Shown: positions 46,479 through 57,192 of the stretch, piece by piece
How the letters are laid out: each line of letters begins with the position of its first letter
How positions within the stretch are numbered: position 1 is the stretch's first letter
The notes under the pieces: model-generated
Database searches by the model: none
Told to the model about the DNA's origin: nothing
The model's input: only the letters and a program-made list of their open reading frames with translations
Translations under genes and position numbers: made by a program
Origin: Patescibacteria group bacterium
Lineage (GTDB): Bacteria > Patescibacteriota > Microgenomatia > UBA8517
Length of the DNA: 64,000 nucleotides
Direction: 5' to 3'
Assembly: GCA_036381415.1 (NCBI GenBank)
Contig: DASVCV010000004.1
Coordinates: 33,572-97,571, forward strand

Positions 46479-48785
46479 ATGGTAGAAAAGAAAGAAGGTC
46501 AAGTAGAGAAGAAGGCTAAAGAGGCTAAGGAAAGGAAAGAAATCAAAGAAAAAATTCTTAAAAATGTGACTGGAAAAGAAAAAAAAGGAAATATATTTAA
46601 GAGGTTTTTCAGAAACACCCATTTAATTAAATTTATTGTTTATTGGGGAGGTGTAGCTGCAGTATTAGTATGGCTTTTCTGGGGACTGCCTAATCCAACA
46701 AAGCTAGGACAAAATGCACCAGTATCAACTAAAATCTTTGACAGAAGTGGAAAGCTTATTTATGAGATTTATGCTGATAAACAACGCACTCCGGTAAAAT
46801 TGTCTGATTTGCCAACCTATGTTCCTCAGGCAACAATTGCTATTGAAGATAAAGACTTCTACAAAAATTATGTGCTATCACCTACCGGAGTAATTAGGGC
46901 AGTTTATAACACTATATTTAAGGGAAGTCTTCAAGGAGGATCCACTCTTACTCAACAGCTTGTTAAAAATGCATTTTTATCACCTGAAAGAACTATAAGA
47001 AGAAAAATCAGGGAATTTGTACTGGCTATGGCGGTTGAGGCTCTATATAGTAAGAATCAGATTTTAGAGACTTATCTAAATGAAATCCCATATGGATCTA
47101 CTGCATATGGAATAGAGGCTGCAAGCGAACTTTACTTTGCAAAACCTGCAAAGGATTTGGATATTGCTGAAGCTTCATTACTTGCTGGGCTAACCCAAAG
47201 CCCAACTGCATACTCCCCTTTTGGGGCACACCCTGAACTTGCACAACAAAGACAAAAGGAAGTTTTAAGAAGAATGGTGGAAGATAAATACATAACGCAG
47301 GAGCAAGCAGATAATGCAAGTAAGGAGGAACTTAAATTTGCACAGCCAAGAGCAGCACAAGCACCTCACTTTGCTTTATGGATTAAGGACCAGCTTGTAC
47401 AAAAGTATGGAGAACTAATGGTTGAACAAGGAGGTTTAAGAGTAGAAACTACTCTTGATCTTGATTTACAAAATTTTGCACAGGATGCAGTTGCTACTGA
47501 GGTAGGAAAATTAAAAGGATTAAATGTTAAAAATGGCGCAGTGCTTGTAACACATCCTCAAACTGGTGAGGTATTGGCAATGGTAGGAAGCAAAGACTAC
47601 TTTGCAACAGATGAAGATGGAAAAGTAAATGTAATATTTGCACCTCGCCAACCTGGATCATCAATTAAGCCGCTTAACTACGCACTTGGTTTAAAGGATA
47701 AAAAGATAACAGCAGCTACAATATTGGCTGATGTGCCAACTTGTTTTTCTGTAGCAGGACAGGCAGGATATTGTCCAGTCAACTATGATGGAAAGTTTCA
47801 TGGAGGGGTTGGGGTAAGATTTGCATTGGGCAACTCTTTTAATATCCCTGCAGTACGCGTTCTTGCATTAAACCATGTTGATAATTTTATTAACTTTGCA
47901 AATTCATTAGGTATTTCAACTTTTAAGGACCCTTCTCAATATGGACTTTCTCTTACTCTTGGAGGAGGAGAAGTAACTGTATATGACATGGCTGAAGCAT
48001 ATGGAGTATTTGCTAATGGCGGACTTAAAGTTCCACTTGTTGCAATTACTAAAGTAAGTGATTGGACAGGAAAAGTTCTAGAAGAAACAAAGGTTCAAGA
48101 TACTGAGGGAGATAGAGTTTTATCAAATGATGTGACTTATTTAATTTCACACATACTTCTAGATAATAACGCCAGAACTGAGGCTTTTGGATCTAGCTCA
48201 TACTTAGTAGTATCAGGACACCCTGAAGCTTCTGTTAAAACTGGTACAACGAATGACAGAAGGGATAATTGGACAATCGGATATACTCCACAGATAGTCG
48301 TTGCTACTTGGGTAGGAAATAATGACAATACACCAATGTCTGGAGCAGTATCTGGAATATCAGGTGCATCCCCTATTTGGAACAAGGTTATTAAAAACGC
48401 ATTAGATAAAAGTGAAAAAGGAACTTATGACAAAGAAGATGACGGACATGCGTGGCCAAAGCAACCTTCAAATGTAGTTGGGGCTACCATTTGTGCAAAC
48501 ACTGGATTTGTTCCAACAGGACCAAAAGACAATCCGGGTTGTCCAACAAGATTTGAGTATTTTATAGATGGCACTGTACCTGCTTCCAAGGATCCAGACA
48601 AGACTGATCTACAACTTGATAAGACAACTCATGCAGTTGCATCTAGCAAAGAAGTACAAGAACATCCAGAATTTGTGGAAACTCAAAATCACCCTGTTAT
48701 ATTTGACCCACTTAAAACTTTAATTTGTCTTGATTGTGCAATGCCGACAGATCCAGTCTTTATTGGATATCCTTTTAATTATTAA
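46479..48785 (+). CDS. class A penicillin-binding protein (PBP1A; transglycosylase + transpeptidase)
   Basis: GT51 motifs (EDKDFY, GGSTLTQQLVKN), TP SSIKP (SxxK), SxN, KTGT. Confidence 0.9.
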   Translation: MVEKKEGQVEKKAKEAKERKEIKEKILKNVTGKEKKGNIFKRFFRNTHLIKFIVYWGGVAAVLVWLFWGLPNPTKLGQNAPVSTKIFDRSGKLIYEIYADKQRTPVKLSDLPTYVPQATIAIEDKDFYKNYVLSPTGVIRAVYNTIFKGSLQGGSTLTQQLVKNAFLSPERTIRRKIREFVLAMAVEALYSKNQILETYLNEIPYGSTAYGIEAASELYFAKPAKDLDIAEASLLAGLTQSPTAYSPFGAHPELAQQRQKEVLRRMVEDKYITQEQADNASKEELKFAQPRAAQAPHFALWIKDQLVQKYGELMVEQGGLRVETTLDLDLQNFAQDAVATEVGKLKGLNVKNGAVLVTHPQTGEVLAMVGSKDYFATDEDGKVNVIFAPRQPGSSIKPLNYALGLKDKKITAATILADVPTCFSVAGQAGYCPVNYDGKFHGGVGVRFALGNSFNIPAVRVLALNHVDNFINFANSLGISTFKDPSQYGLSLTLGGGEVTVYDMAEAYGVFANGGLKVPLVAITKVSDWTGKVLEETKVQDTEGDRVLSNDVTYLISHILLDNNARTEAFGSSSYLVVSGHPEASVKTGTTNDRRDNWTIGYTPQIVVATWVGNNDNTPMSGAVSGISGASPIWNKVIKNALDKSEKGTYDKEDDGHAWPKQPSNVVGATICANTGFVPTGPKDNPGCPTRFEYFIDGTVPASKDPDKTDLQLDKTTHAVASSKEVQEHPEFVETQNHPVIFDPLKTLICLDCAMPTDPVFIGYPFNY

Positions 48786-48898
48786 TAAATTATTAAAATA
48801 AAATAATAATAGCTGCAAACTCATCTATATTATCGGATATAAAACTTTTGCAAAACTTCCTCTTCCTTCAAGCATGAACCATTGCTACAATATGGGCC

Positions 48899-51658
48899 AT
48901 GTCTAAACAAAAGAAAAAGTTTGCCAGGGACAACAAAAAAAAGATATTGAAAAAAAGTTTAAAGAAGCGCACATTAAAGATAGATGGGGCAACGAAACTA
49001 GAAACAAAAAGAAAAGCTAGAAAGAAAAACTCCAAAAGTGCTTTTAGGAATCTCTTCTCTACCCTTAATACTGTCGGTAAACCATTTTATTTAATTATTG
49101 TTTTTGTTGTAATTACTATTTTATTTGTTGCTTATCTTATTGGACATACAATAAGCATCACTACTAAGAAAATTTATTTATTTGTTGGTAAAGTCTATTA
49201 TTTAATCTTTAGAGAACTTGCTCCAAACTTATTCAAGTCTCTTTCAAGATTTAGCACTGGCCTAAAATCAAAACTATTATCTGTTTTTAAATCATTTGGA
49301 AGAAAAGCAATTGATATTAAAAATAAAATTAAAAGCGTAAAAGTGGCATTGCCTTCCACTTCCCCACACTTTCCAAACGTAGAGACTGTAAGTGTTCCCT
49401 CTTTAAAGGTACCAGCCTTAAGTTTTCCAATTAAGAAGGCAGATTTTTTTGAAAAGATTAAGAACTTAAAAAATAAAATTCATATTGGTTTTAGGTTACC
49501 TAAACTTAAAATTCCTAAAAAACCTTTAACGATTTCATTTTCTTTACTTCCCTTTAAAGCTGGCAGAAAAACAAAAATTGTTTTTGTGCTACTAACCTTA
49601 CTTTTTGCTTTCGGATTTACATTTTGGTACACCATTTTGAAAGATCTTCCACAGCCTAATGAGTTAGTTAACAGGAAAGTACAAGTATCTACAAAAATAT
49701 TAGATAGAAATGGAGTTTTACTTTATAAAATATATAAAGACCAAAATAGAACTCCTGTTTCATTGTCTCAAATTCCTCTTCAGGTGCGGGCTGCAACACT
49801 TGCTGCTGAAGATGCCGGGTTTTACTCCCATGCTGGAATATCTTTAAAAGGAATTGCAAGATCTATTTGGGTTGACATAACAAAAGGACAGCTAACTGGA
49901 GGATCAACTATTACTCAGCAGCTTGTTAAAAATGCTCTACTTTCTCCAGAGAAAACTTTCACAAGAAAAATTAAAGAAGTTGTTCTTTCTGTTGAAACAG
50001 AACTTACTTACTCTAAAGATCAAATACTTGAAATGTATTTAAATGAAGTGCCATATGGAGGAACTGCTTTTGGAATTGAAGAAGCATCTAAACTTTATTT
50101 TGACAAAGATGTTGATAAATTAACTTTAGGCGAGGCTGCACTTTTAGCTGGACTTCCAAAAAGTCCAACAAGTTTCTCTCCTTATGGAGCTACTCCTGAT
50201 TTAGCAATAACTCGCCAAAAAGAGGTCTTAAGACTTATGAATGAGAATGGATTTATTACTAAAGATGAAATGGTTAAAGCCTTAGATGAGAAAATAACAT
50301 TTGCTCCTAACAGAATTGATATTAAAGCTCCTCACTTTGTGATGTATGTAAAACAGCAGCTAGCTAACAAATACGGAGAAGAGGCAGTTGAAACAGGAGG
50401 ATTAACTGTAACAACTACCCTTGACTGGCAGGTACAAAAGATGGCTGAGGAAGTTGTTAAAAAACAAATTGACGGACTAACCAATTACCATGTAGGAAAT
50501 GGAGCTGCGGTAGTACTTGATCCTAAAACCGGTGAGATATTGGCAATGGTAGGAAGCAAAGACTACTTTGATATTAAAAATGATGGAAATGTGAATGTAG
50601 TTATTTCACCACGCCAACCTGGATCATCAATTAAACCAATTACTTATGCATATGCACTTTCCCATGGATATACTCCTGCAACAATCATAAATGATTCACC
50701 TACTAAATTTGCAATACCAGGACAAGCTCCCTATATTCCAAAAAATTATGATGGACAATTTAGAGGAAATATTACTATTAGAAGTGCACTAGCTGAATCA
50801 AGAAACATTCCTGCTGTTAAGATACTTGCTACTTTTGGGGTGGAAAAACTAATTCAATTAGGACAAAAAATGGGAATAACTACCTGGAAAGACCCCTCTC
50901 AGTATGGGCTTTCTTTAACTCTGGGTGGAGGAGAAACAAAACTTCTTGATCTTGCACAAGCTTATGCAACTATTGCAAATTCAGGAACAAGACCTACTAT
51001 TTCTTCTATTTCAAAGGTTACTGATTATCAAGGAAAGATACTGGAACAAGACACCTGCAGAGAAACTCAAAAGCAAGGTGAAGTATATGCAGCTGAAAAT
51101 TCTGACAACACAGGGTGCAATACTGAGCAAGTACTTGATCCAAGAGTAAGTTATTTATTAATTGATATCTTAAGGGATAACAATGCCAGGGCTGCTGAAT
51201 TTGGACTGCACTCCTCTTTAGTTATCCCCAAACACCCTGAGGTGGCTGTAAAAACTGGAACAAGCAATGATTTAAAAGATAATTTAACTGTTGGATTTAA
51301 TCAAAAGTACTTAACAGCAGTATGGGTAGGAAATAATGATGGAAGTTCAATGAGTAGAATTGCATCAGGAATAACAGGAGCTGCTCCAATTTGGAATGAA
51401 ATAATGAGCAGACTTTTAGCAAATACTCCCTCTGTTGCCTGGGAGAAGCCAAAGGGAGTGTCTACACTTGCAATTTGCTCAATTACAGGAACACTTGCCT
51501 GTGAGGGGTGCTCAACTAGAAGCGAAGTCTTTTTAGATGAAAACAAACCACAATTTGCCTGCAAGCCTGATCAGATAGTAAAGATTGATGACAAAATTAA
51601 AAGAAGCGGAAGCGGACAGATCCTAGATGTTGCTGCAAGTACACAAAATCCCAACTAG
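48899..51658 (+). CDS. class A PBP paralog with ~250-aa Lys-rich N-terminal extension
   Basis: GGSTITQQLVKN, SSIKP, KTGTS; N-terminus highly basic. Confidence 0.9.
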   Translation: MSKQKKKFARDNKKKILKKSLKKRTLKIDGATKLETKRKARKKNSKSAFRNLFSTLNTVGKPFYLIIVFVVITILFVAYLIGHTISITTKKIYLFVGKVYYLIFRELAPNLFKSLSRFSTGLKSKLLSVFKSFGRKAIDIKNKIKSVKVALPSTSPHFPNVETVSVPSLKVPALSFPIKKADFFEKIKNLKNKIHIGFRLPKLKIPKKPLTISFSLLPFKAGRKTKIVFVLLTLLFAFGFTFWYTILKDLPQPNELVNRKVQVSTKILDRNGVLLYKIYKDQNRTPVSLSQIPLQVRAATLAAEDAGFYSHAGISLKGIARSIWVDITKGQLTGGSTITQQLVKNALLSPEKTFTRKIKEVVLSVETELTYSKDQILEMYLNEVPYGGTAFGIEEASKLYFDKDVDKLTLGEAALLAGLPKSPTSFSPYGATPDLAITRQKEVLRLMNENGFITKDEMVKALDEKITFAPNRIDIKAPHFVMYVKQQLANKYGEEAVETGGLTVTTTLDWQVQKMAEEVVKKQIDGLTNYHVGNGAAVVLDPKTGEILAMVGSKDYFDIKNDGNVNVVISPRQPGSSIKPITYAYALSHGYTPATIINDSPTKFAIPGQAPYIPKNYDGQFRGNITIRSALAESRNIPAVKILATFGVEKLIQLGQKMGITTWKDPSQYGLSLTLGGGETKLLDLAQAYATIANSGTRPTISSISKVTDYQGKILEQDTCRETQKQGEVYAAENSDNTGCNTEQVLDPRVSYLLIDILRDNNARAAEFGLHSSLVIPKHPEVAVKTGTSNDLKDNLTVGFNQKYLTAVWVGNNDGSSMSRIASGITGAAPIWNEIMSRLLANTPSVAWEKPKGVSTLAICSITGTLACEGCSTRSEVFLDENKPQFACKPDQIVKIDDKIKRSGSGQILDVAASTQNPN

Positions 51659-51676
51659 GAAGAAAAGCATTTATTC

Positions 51677-52729
51677 TTACTGCTCGGCATTAAAAACTAT
51701 TCTTGAAAGGTCTGGAATTATTGAATCAACCTCTTCTTCTTCCTCCCCTTTTGTCATGATTACTAAGACATATGGATTTCTTGAAAAGATTATTCCTCCA
51801 TCATGAGTTACTCCAGTATCACTTGCATATTTGTGTGCAACTACAATTCCAGAATCTACTCCTTTGGGAATTAGATTTTCATAGTCGGTATCAATAAGGG
51901 TGTCAAGAATTTCTTTTTTAGAAATATTAGACACCAGATCTCCTTTTTCTAGTTTAGAAAAAAGAAGTCCCATATCATATGGAGTGGTTACACTATCTTT
52001 GAATGATGTGTTTTGCATTCCTGCTAATTTTGTTATTTCATCAATTGAGTCCCAGCCTATTTGATTACCTAAAATATTAAAGGCAGTGTTATCGGAATCA
52101 TGCCCCATATATGAAACCAGATCTTTGTAGCTAATTGAGGTCCCGTCTGGGAGTCCAACAAGAACTCCAGCACCACCTACTTTTTCATAATTTCTTAAAA
52201 TATGAGTTGCCGAAAGGTCAATTTTACCTTTTTCTGCTTCTTTGTAGACTGCAATCATTAAAGGAACTTTAAAAAAGGATGCTCCTTCAAATTTTTCATT
52301 TTGATTAATTCCATAATTTTTACCTGAATCAAGTTCTATAATCTCAATACCATAGGTGCCTGGAAGATGTGCAATTTTGTCATTTAAGGCTTTTTTCATT
52401 TCATCTTTGGTTAAAAACTTGGAGTCTGATTTTCCTAATACAACTGGTCTATCGTTTGCTAAGTTAAATGAAGGCAAAGAAGGAAGAGAAATATTAAAAG
52501 ATGCTAGGTCAAGCTTTTTGCCTGAGAGGGTAAGAAAAAGAGAGGAAAGGACGGTAAAAGAAAGAACTCCAAAAACAGCAATCCTTTCTTTTTTACCCCA
52601 AGGTTTAGATTCTTCTTTTTTCTTCCTGGGCTTTCTTTTCTTTTTAGGTTTAAGATCCTCTTCTTTTCCTTTTTCTTCCTCATCAAGAGTTTCTTCATCC
52701 TTGTCTTTTTTTCTTCGAATTCCAAACAT
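51677..52729 (-). CDS. class A beta-lactamase-like serine hydrolase, membrane-anchored
   Basis: K/E-rich N-terminus + TM; SxxK (ASFFK), SDN (HDSDNTAFN), KTG-like region. Confidence 0.65.
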   Translation of the reverse strand: MFGIRRKKDKDEETLDEEEKGKEEDLKPKKKRKPRKKKEESKPWGKKERIAVFGVLSFTVLSSLFLTLSGKKLDLASFNISLPSLPSFNLANDRPVVLGKSDSKFLTKDEMKKALNDKIAHLPGTYGIEIIELDSGKNYGINQNEKFEGASFFKVPLMIAVYKEAEKGKIDLSATHILRNYEKVGGAGVLVGLPDGTSISYKDLVSYMGHDSDNTAFNILGNQIGWDSIDEITKLAGMQNTSFKDSVTTPYDMGLLFSKLEKGDLVSNISKKEILDTLIDTDYENLIPKGVDSGIVVAHKYASDTGVTHDGGIIFSRNPYVLVIMTKGEEEEEVDSIIPDLSRIVFNAEQ

Positions 52730-52744
52730 ATCGGAGATTATACC

Positions 52745-53746
52745 TTATTTTCGCCTTTTTTCCCAAACTTCGGGGTTGACCAGATTTTGGGGTGTAACTG
52801 CCTTAAAAGTATCAATAATTGCTGATACAGCCTGCTGGCCCATTTTTTCCCTTGCTTCAAGAGTAGCTGAAGCTATATGAGGGGTAAGAATTACATTAGG
52901 CATGCCAATAAGTTCTGGATCAACATTTGGTTCATTATCAAAAACATCAAGAGCGGCCCCTCCCAATTTCCCACTTTTTAGAGCTTCAACTAAGTCTTTT
53001 TCACTTACAATTGGGCCTCTTGCGGTGTTAACTAAATAGCAGCCTGGTTTGAGTTTGGAAAACATTTGAGCGTTTACCATATGTCTTGTTTCGTCTGTTA
53101 ATGGAACATGAAGAGAGATAATGTCTGACTGGGAAAGAAGCTCTTCAAGGCTAGCAAACTTTGCTCCAGTTTCTTTTTCTACTTTAGGATCTGGCTCATG
53201 CTTGTTGTATAGCACATTCATACCAAAACCTTGAGAACGAAGCGCTACCATTGAGCCAATCCTTCCTAAGCCAATAATGCCAAGAGTTTTTCCTTTTAGA
53301 GTTGGACCTAGAAAGATGTCAGGTTCCCAACCATGGTATCCACCGCGACGAACAACTTCGTCTGATTCGACTACTCTTCTTGTTAGGCTTAAAATTAATG
53401 CCCAAGTGTGTTCAGCAACAGCTTCATTTACTTCATCAGAGGGTGTGTTTGTTACAACAATTTGCCTGTCTGTTGCTGCCTTAATTGCAATATTGTCAAA
53501 ACCAACTGCATAGTTTGAAATCATTTTTAGTTGTGGGCCTGCAACGTCCATCAAGTCTCCATCGACTCTATCTGTTAAAAGGCTAAGAAGTGCATCAATT
53601 GGTTTTTCTTTTAATTTATTAACCAATTCTTCCTGGGTCATTGGTCTTCCTAAGGCTGATACTTCAACTTCAAAGCCAGCATTTTTAAGTGCATCAAGGT
53701 GCTTGCCTGGGATACCTGGGACTTGTCTAGTTACGAAAATTCTCAT
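52745..53746 (-). CDS. D-isomer-specific 2-hydroxyacid dehydrogenase (glyoxylate/hydroxypyruvate reductase-like)
   Basis: NAD site GIIGLGRIGSMVA, catalytic R/E/H region. Confidence 0.85.
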   Translation of the reverse strand: MRIFVTRQVPGIPGKHLDALKNAGFEVEVSALGRPMTQEELVNKLKEKPIDALLSLLTDRVDGDLMDVAGPQLKMISNYAVGFDNIAIKAATDRQIVVTNTPSDEVNEAVAEHTWALILSLTRRVVESDEVVRRGGYHGWEPDIFLGPTLKGKTLGIIGLGRIGSMVALRSQGFGMNVLYNKHEPDPKVEKETGAKFASLEELLSQSDIISLHVPLTDETRHMVNAQMFSKLKPGCYLVNTARGPIVSEKDLVEALKSGKLGGAALDVFDNEPNVDPELIGMPNVILTPHIASATLEAREKMGQQAVSAIIDTFKAVTPQNLVNPEVWEKRRK

Positions 53747-53762
53747 TGTTATTTAGTTTAAT

Positions 53763-54770
53763 CTAAAACTGCTGCGCTTGCACACCACTACTTTTACACA
53801 TTTCAAGCCATTGATGCATGTCAGATTCTTTAATTAAGCCTTTTTGAGGACCAGTATATCCAATAACTGAAGCTGAATTGGATGTTCCCCAAAGGAGAGC
53901 TTCTTCAATAGGTTTGCCCTTAATAAAAGCAGAAAGAAAACCTGAGCCAAAAGCATCACCTGCTCCTGTTCTTTCATATGGATCAACGGGTAATATTCCA
54001 ACTTTTAAGAATATGCTTCCATTAAAAATAAAAGAACCATTTCCACCATCGGTAATTACTGACATCTTAGGACCTAATTTAGAAAAAGCAGTTAAAAGCT
54101 CTTTTTCTTTTCCAGAAGATTGAGGTGAGTTAGTTAATTTCTCTGCTTCTTCCCTGTTTACAAAAACTATATCTGTTCTTTTTAAAATATCCCCTATTCC
54201 TTCTAAGCCAGATTTCAGCTGCCAAGAACCAGGATTAAAAGCAAGTTTTACTGTGGGATTTTTAATTAGCCAATCATAGAGATGTTTATAAAAAGGCTTA
54301 AAAGATTCTCCCATTGAGGTTAAGTAAACCCATGGGGTAACAGGAAGAGCAACTGGAAACTCATATGAGCGGGGTGCATGGTAGGTAAAAATGGTTCTTT
54401 CTCCTGAATAATTAATGACTATGGAATAGTTAGAAGTGGTAGCAGGCTGCTGGATAACATAGGTCAAGTCAACTTTTTCTCTTCCTAATGAATCTATAAT
54501 TTGGTTTCCAATGCTATCTGTTCCAAGAGTTAAAACGATTGCAGTTTTTACTCCTAACCGGGTAGCTCCTACTGCATTATTTGCTGCATTTCCTCCTGAA
54601 GAGAGCTCTAGGTTTTTAACAGGAATTTTATCTCCATATGAAAAGCAAATTAAACACTCTTTTGTGTCAAGCTTACAAGAAGTTTCAGATTCAGTTGGAG
54701 TTACAAAGGAATCAATTGATGCATCCCCAATTGAAAGAAGTTGAAAATTATTATTTTCCATATCGAGCAA
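53763..54770 (-). CDS. PfkB-family carbohydrate kinase
   Basis: GG motif and C-terminal TGAGDAF. Confidence 0.8.
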   Translation of the reverse strand: MLDMENNNFQLLSIGDASIDSFVTPTESETSCKLDTKECLICFSYGDKIPVKNLELSSGGNAANNAVGATRLGVKTAIVLTLGTDSIGNQIIDSLGREKVDLTYVIQQPATTSNYSIVINYSGERTIFTYHAPRSYEFPVALPVTPWVYLTSMGESFKPFYKHLYDWLIKNPTVKLAFNPGSWQLKSGLEGIGDILKRTDIVFVNREEAEKLTNSPQSSGKEKELLTAFSKLGPKMSVITDGGNGSFIFNGSIFLKVGILPVDPYERTGAGDAFGSGFLSAFIKGKPIEEALLWGTSNSASVIGYTGPQKGLIKESDMHQWLEMCKSSGVQAQQF

Positions 54771-55716
54771 GTGAGTTCATTTTAGCACGGGCTAAAAATG
54801 CTTCTTGGGCTGCTTTAACATTTTCACTTTTACCTGCCCAGATTTTAAGAGCAGAGTTCTGAAGAGCACGGCCATATGAGAAAGAAAGCTGCCAAGGAGC
54901 ATTGCCTACTTTATTTAGCTGCCTTAAGTTGTCGGTTGCTTCCTCTTCAGTCTGGCCACCTGAGAGAAATACAATACCAGGTACATCTTGCGGGACTGTA
55001 TCTTTTAAGACTTCAAGGGTTTTTTGAGCAACTTCCTCGGGATCCGGCTTATTGGGATTATCTTTACCAGGCAGAATCATATTTGGCTTAAGAAGCATTG
55101 CTTTAAAGTCCACACCTTTTTGGCTTAACTTTAGAAAGACTATTTTTAAAATAGAACGGGTTGTTTCATAGCACTTGTCCATTGAATGGACTCCATCCAT
55201 TAAAACTTCAGGTTCTACAATTGGGACAAGTCCTTCTGACTGAGAAAGAGATGCAAATTCAGCTAAAAGTCTGGCGTTTTCTTCAACAGCTTGAATGGAA
55301 GGATTAACTTCAGAAATTGTAAAGGCTGCACGCCATTTGGTAAATTTTGCACCTAGGGCACTATACTCTTTAAGTCTTGCCTGCAGTGATTCTATTCCCT
55401 TTGTTACTTTGTCTCCGGGGTAATTAGGAAAATCAGCTAATCCTTCATCTACTTTGATTCCGGAAATTACATTTGAATTGGTTAATACTTTTTGTTTGAG
55501 TGTTTCATCAAACTGAATAATTCCACTTATATATTCTTCTATGCCTGGAGTTGAAAATAAAAGTTCTCTATATGCACGCCTAGTTTGTTCGGTAGACTCA
55601 ATATTTATGGCTTTGAATCTTTTTTCAATTGTAGGAAAAGATTCATCAGCAGCTAAAATTCCTTTTCCAGGAGCAACTAAGTCATGAGCTGTTTTTTCTA
55701 AACCGGGCAGGTCCAT
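54751..55716 (-). CDS. class I fructose-bisphosphate aldolase
   Basis: ILAADES...IEKRF, LLKPNM (Schiff-base Lys region). Confidence 0.8.
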   Translation of the reverse strand: MDLPGLEKTAHDLVAPGKGILAADESFPTIEKRFKAINIESTEQTRRAYRELLFSTPGIEEYISGIIQFDETLKQKVLTNSNVISGIKVDEGLADFPNYPGDKVTKGIESLQARLKEYSALGAKFTKWRAAFTISEVNPSIQAVEENARLLAEFASLSQSEGLVPIVEPEVLMDGVHSMDKCYETTRSILKIVFLKLSQKGVDFKAMLLKPNMILPGKDNPNKPDPEEVAQKTLEVLKDTVPQDVPGIVFLSGGQTEEEATDNLRQLNKVGNAPWQLSFSYGRALQNSALKIWAGKSENVKAAQEAFLARAKMNSLARYGK

Positions 55717-55750
55717 AAATTAAATTTAACACTTTTAATGCTACAATTGA

Positions 55751-56197
55751 ATGATGAAAAGCAGATTTCTGTTAATTTTTCTTATTTTAATTCTGGTAGC
55801 CGTAGTTATTGGGTGGTATTTAATTAGTAATAGGAGTCAACCAATTGTTGACACAATAGGACCCAGCCAAAATCCTAATATTTCTGTGATAGTTACCTCA
55901 CCCATTTATGGTTCCAAAATAGCGAGTCCTTTACTCATAAGTGGGACAGTACCACCTGGTTGGATGTTTGAAGGAACATTTCCTGTTAAGATTTTAGATT
56001 CAAAAAGAAATGTTATAGCTACTGGGATAGGAAAAGAAACCACTCCCGGCTCTTGGCAATCTCAAAACCCTGTTCAATTTAGCGCACAAATTTCTTTTAA
56101 CACCACTGATAGATCAGGTTTTGTATTAATAGAAAAAGATAATCCGAGTGGGCTACCTGAAAATGACAAGACATTTGAGATACCTGTGAAGTTCTAG
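55751..56197 (+). CDS. Gmad2-like Ig-fold secreted protein
   Basis: N-terminal TM; PF10648-like pattern. Confidence 0.45.
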   Translation: MMKSRFLLIFLILILVAVVIGWYLISNRSQPIVDTIGPSQNPNISVIVTSPIYGSKIASPLLISGTVPPGWMFEGTFPVKILDSKRNVIATGIGKETTPGSWQSQNPVQFSAQISFNTTDRSGFVLIEKDNPSGLPENDKTFEIPVKF

Positions 56198-57192
56198 TTT
56201 GTTTTTCTTTTAAGCACACTTTTTGCTGCATCAACAATATTTGCTGCTTTCATACCATATTTTTCTAGGAGTTCATCTGGTTCTCCTGATTCTCCAAAGT
56301 GATCTGGCATACCAACAAATTCTTGAGGAACTGGAAAGTTTCTTGAAAGTGTTTCTGCAACTGCACCTCCTAGCCCCCCTGTTATTTGGTGCTCCTCTAC
56401 TGTTACAACTGCGCCGCAGGTTCTTGCTGCACGAACAATTGCCTGTTCATCTAAAGGCTTAATGGTAGGAGAATTAATTACAAGAGTCTCAATTCCTTTT
56501 TTGTCTAATTCTTTTGCTGCTAAGAGAGCTTCATACAATAGTGGGCCGCAGGCAATTATTGCAACTTGGGGATCTTTTGACTCCCAAAATATTTCTGCTT
56601 TTCCAATTTTGAATGGAGATTTATCTGTTGTCATTACAGGAGTTTTTTCTCTAGTTAATCTTATATAAGTTGGTTTTCCATTGGCGGCTATCTCAACGGT
56701 TGCTTTTCTTGCTTCAAGGGCGTCTGATGGAACAACTACAATCATATTTGGCATGGCACGCATTAAGGCAATGTCTTCCAACATTTGATGAGTTGCACCA
56801 TCCGGACCAACTGAAACTCCAGTGTGGGCACCTGCTATTTTTACTGGAACATCATTAAGGGCAATTGTTGTTCTTATTTGTTCCCAGTTGCGTCCTGGAG
56901 AGAAGGCAGCATAACTAGAAATAAATGGTATTTTTCCATAGTTTGCCATACCTGCAGCAAGGGTAGCTAGGGCTTGTTCTGCAACTCCTACTTCTACAAA
57001 TCTTTGAGGGAACTTTTCTTTGAACAAATTACTTTTTGTTGAATCAGTTAAATCAGCACAAAGAACTACTACTTTTTCATCAATCTCTCCTGCTTCTACT
57101 AGCCCTTCACCATACCCTTGACGAGTGGGAACCATGTCAACTGACTTCTTCTTAAATATTTTTTCTGATAGTTTTAGTTTTGGATTAATCAT
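56194..57192 (-). CDS. transketolase, C-terminal (pyrimidine-binding) subunit
   Basis: Split-tkt B subunit; motifs around AEQALATLAAGMA, GPDGATHQ. Confidence 0.9.
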   Translation of the reverse strand: MINPKLKLSEKIFKKKSVDMVPTRQGYGEGLVEAGEIDEKVVVLCADLTDSTKSNLFKEKFPQRFVEVGVAEQALATLAAGMANYGKIPFISSYAAFSPGRNWEQIRTTIALNDVPVKIAGAHTGVSVGPDGATHQMLEDIALMRAMPNMIVVVPSDALEARKATVEIAANGKPTYIRLTREKTPVMTTDKSPFKIGKAEIFWESKDPQVAIIACGPLLYEALLAAKELDKKGIETLVINSPTIKPLDEQAIVRAARTCGAVVTVEEHQITGGLGGAVAETLSRNFPVPQEFVGMPDHFGESGEPDELLEKYGMKAANIVDAAKSVLKRKTN

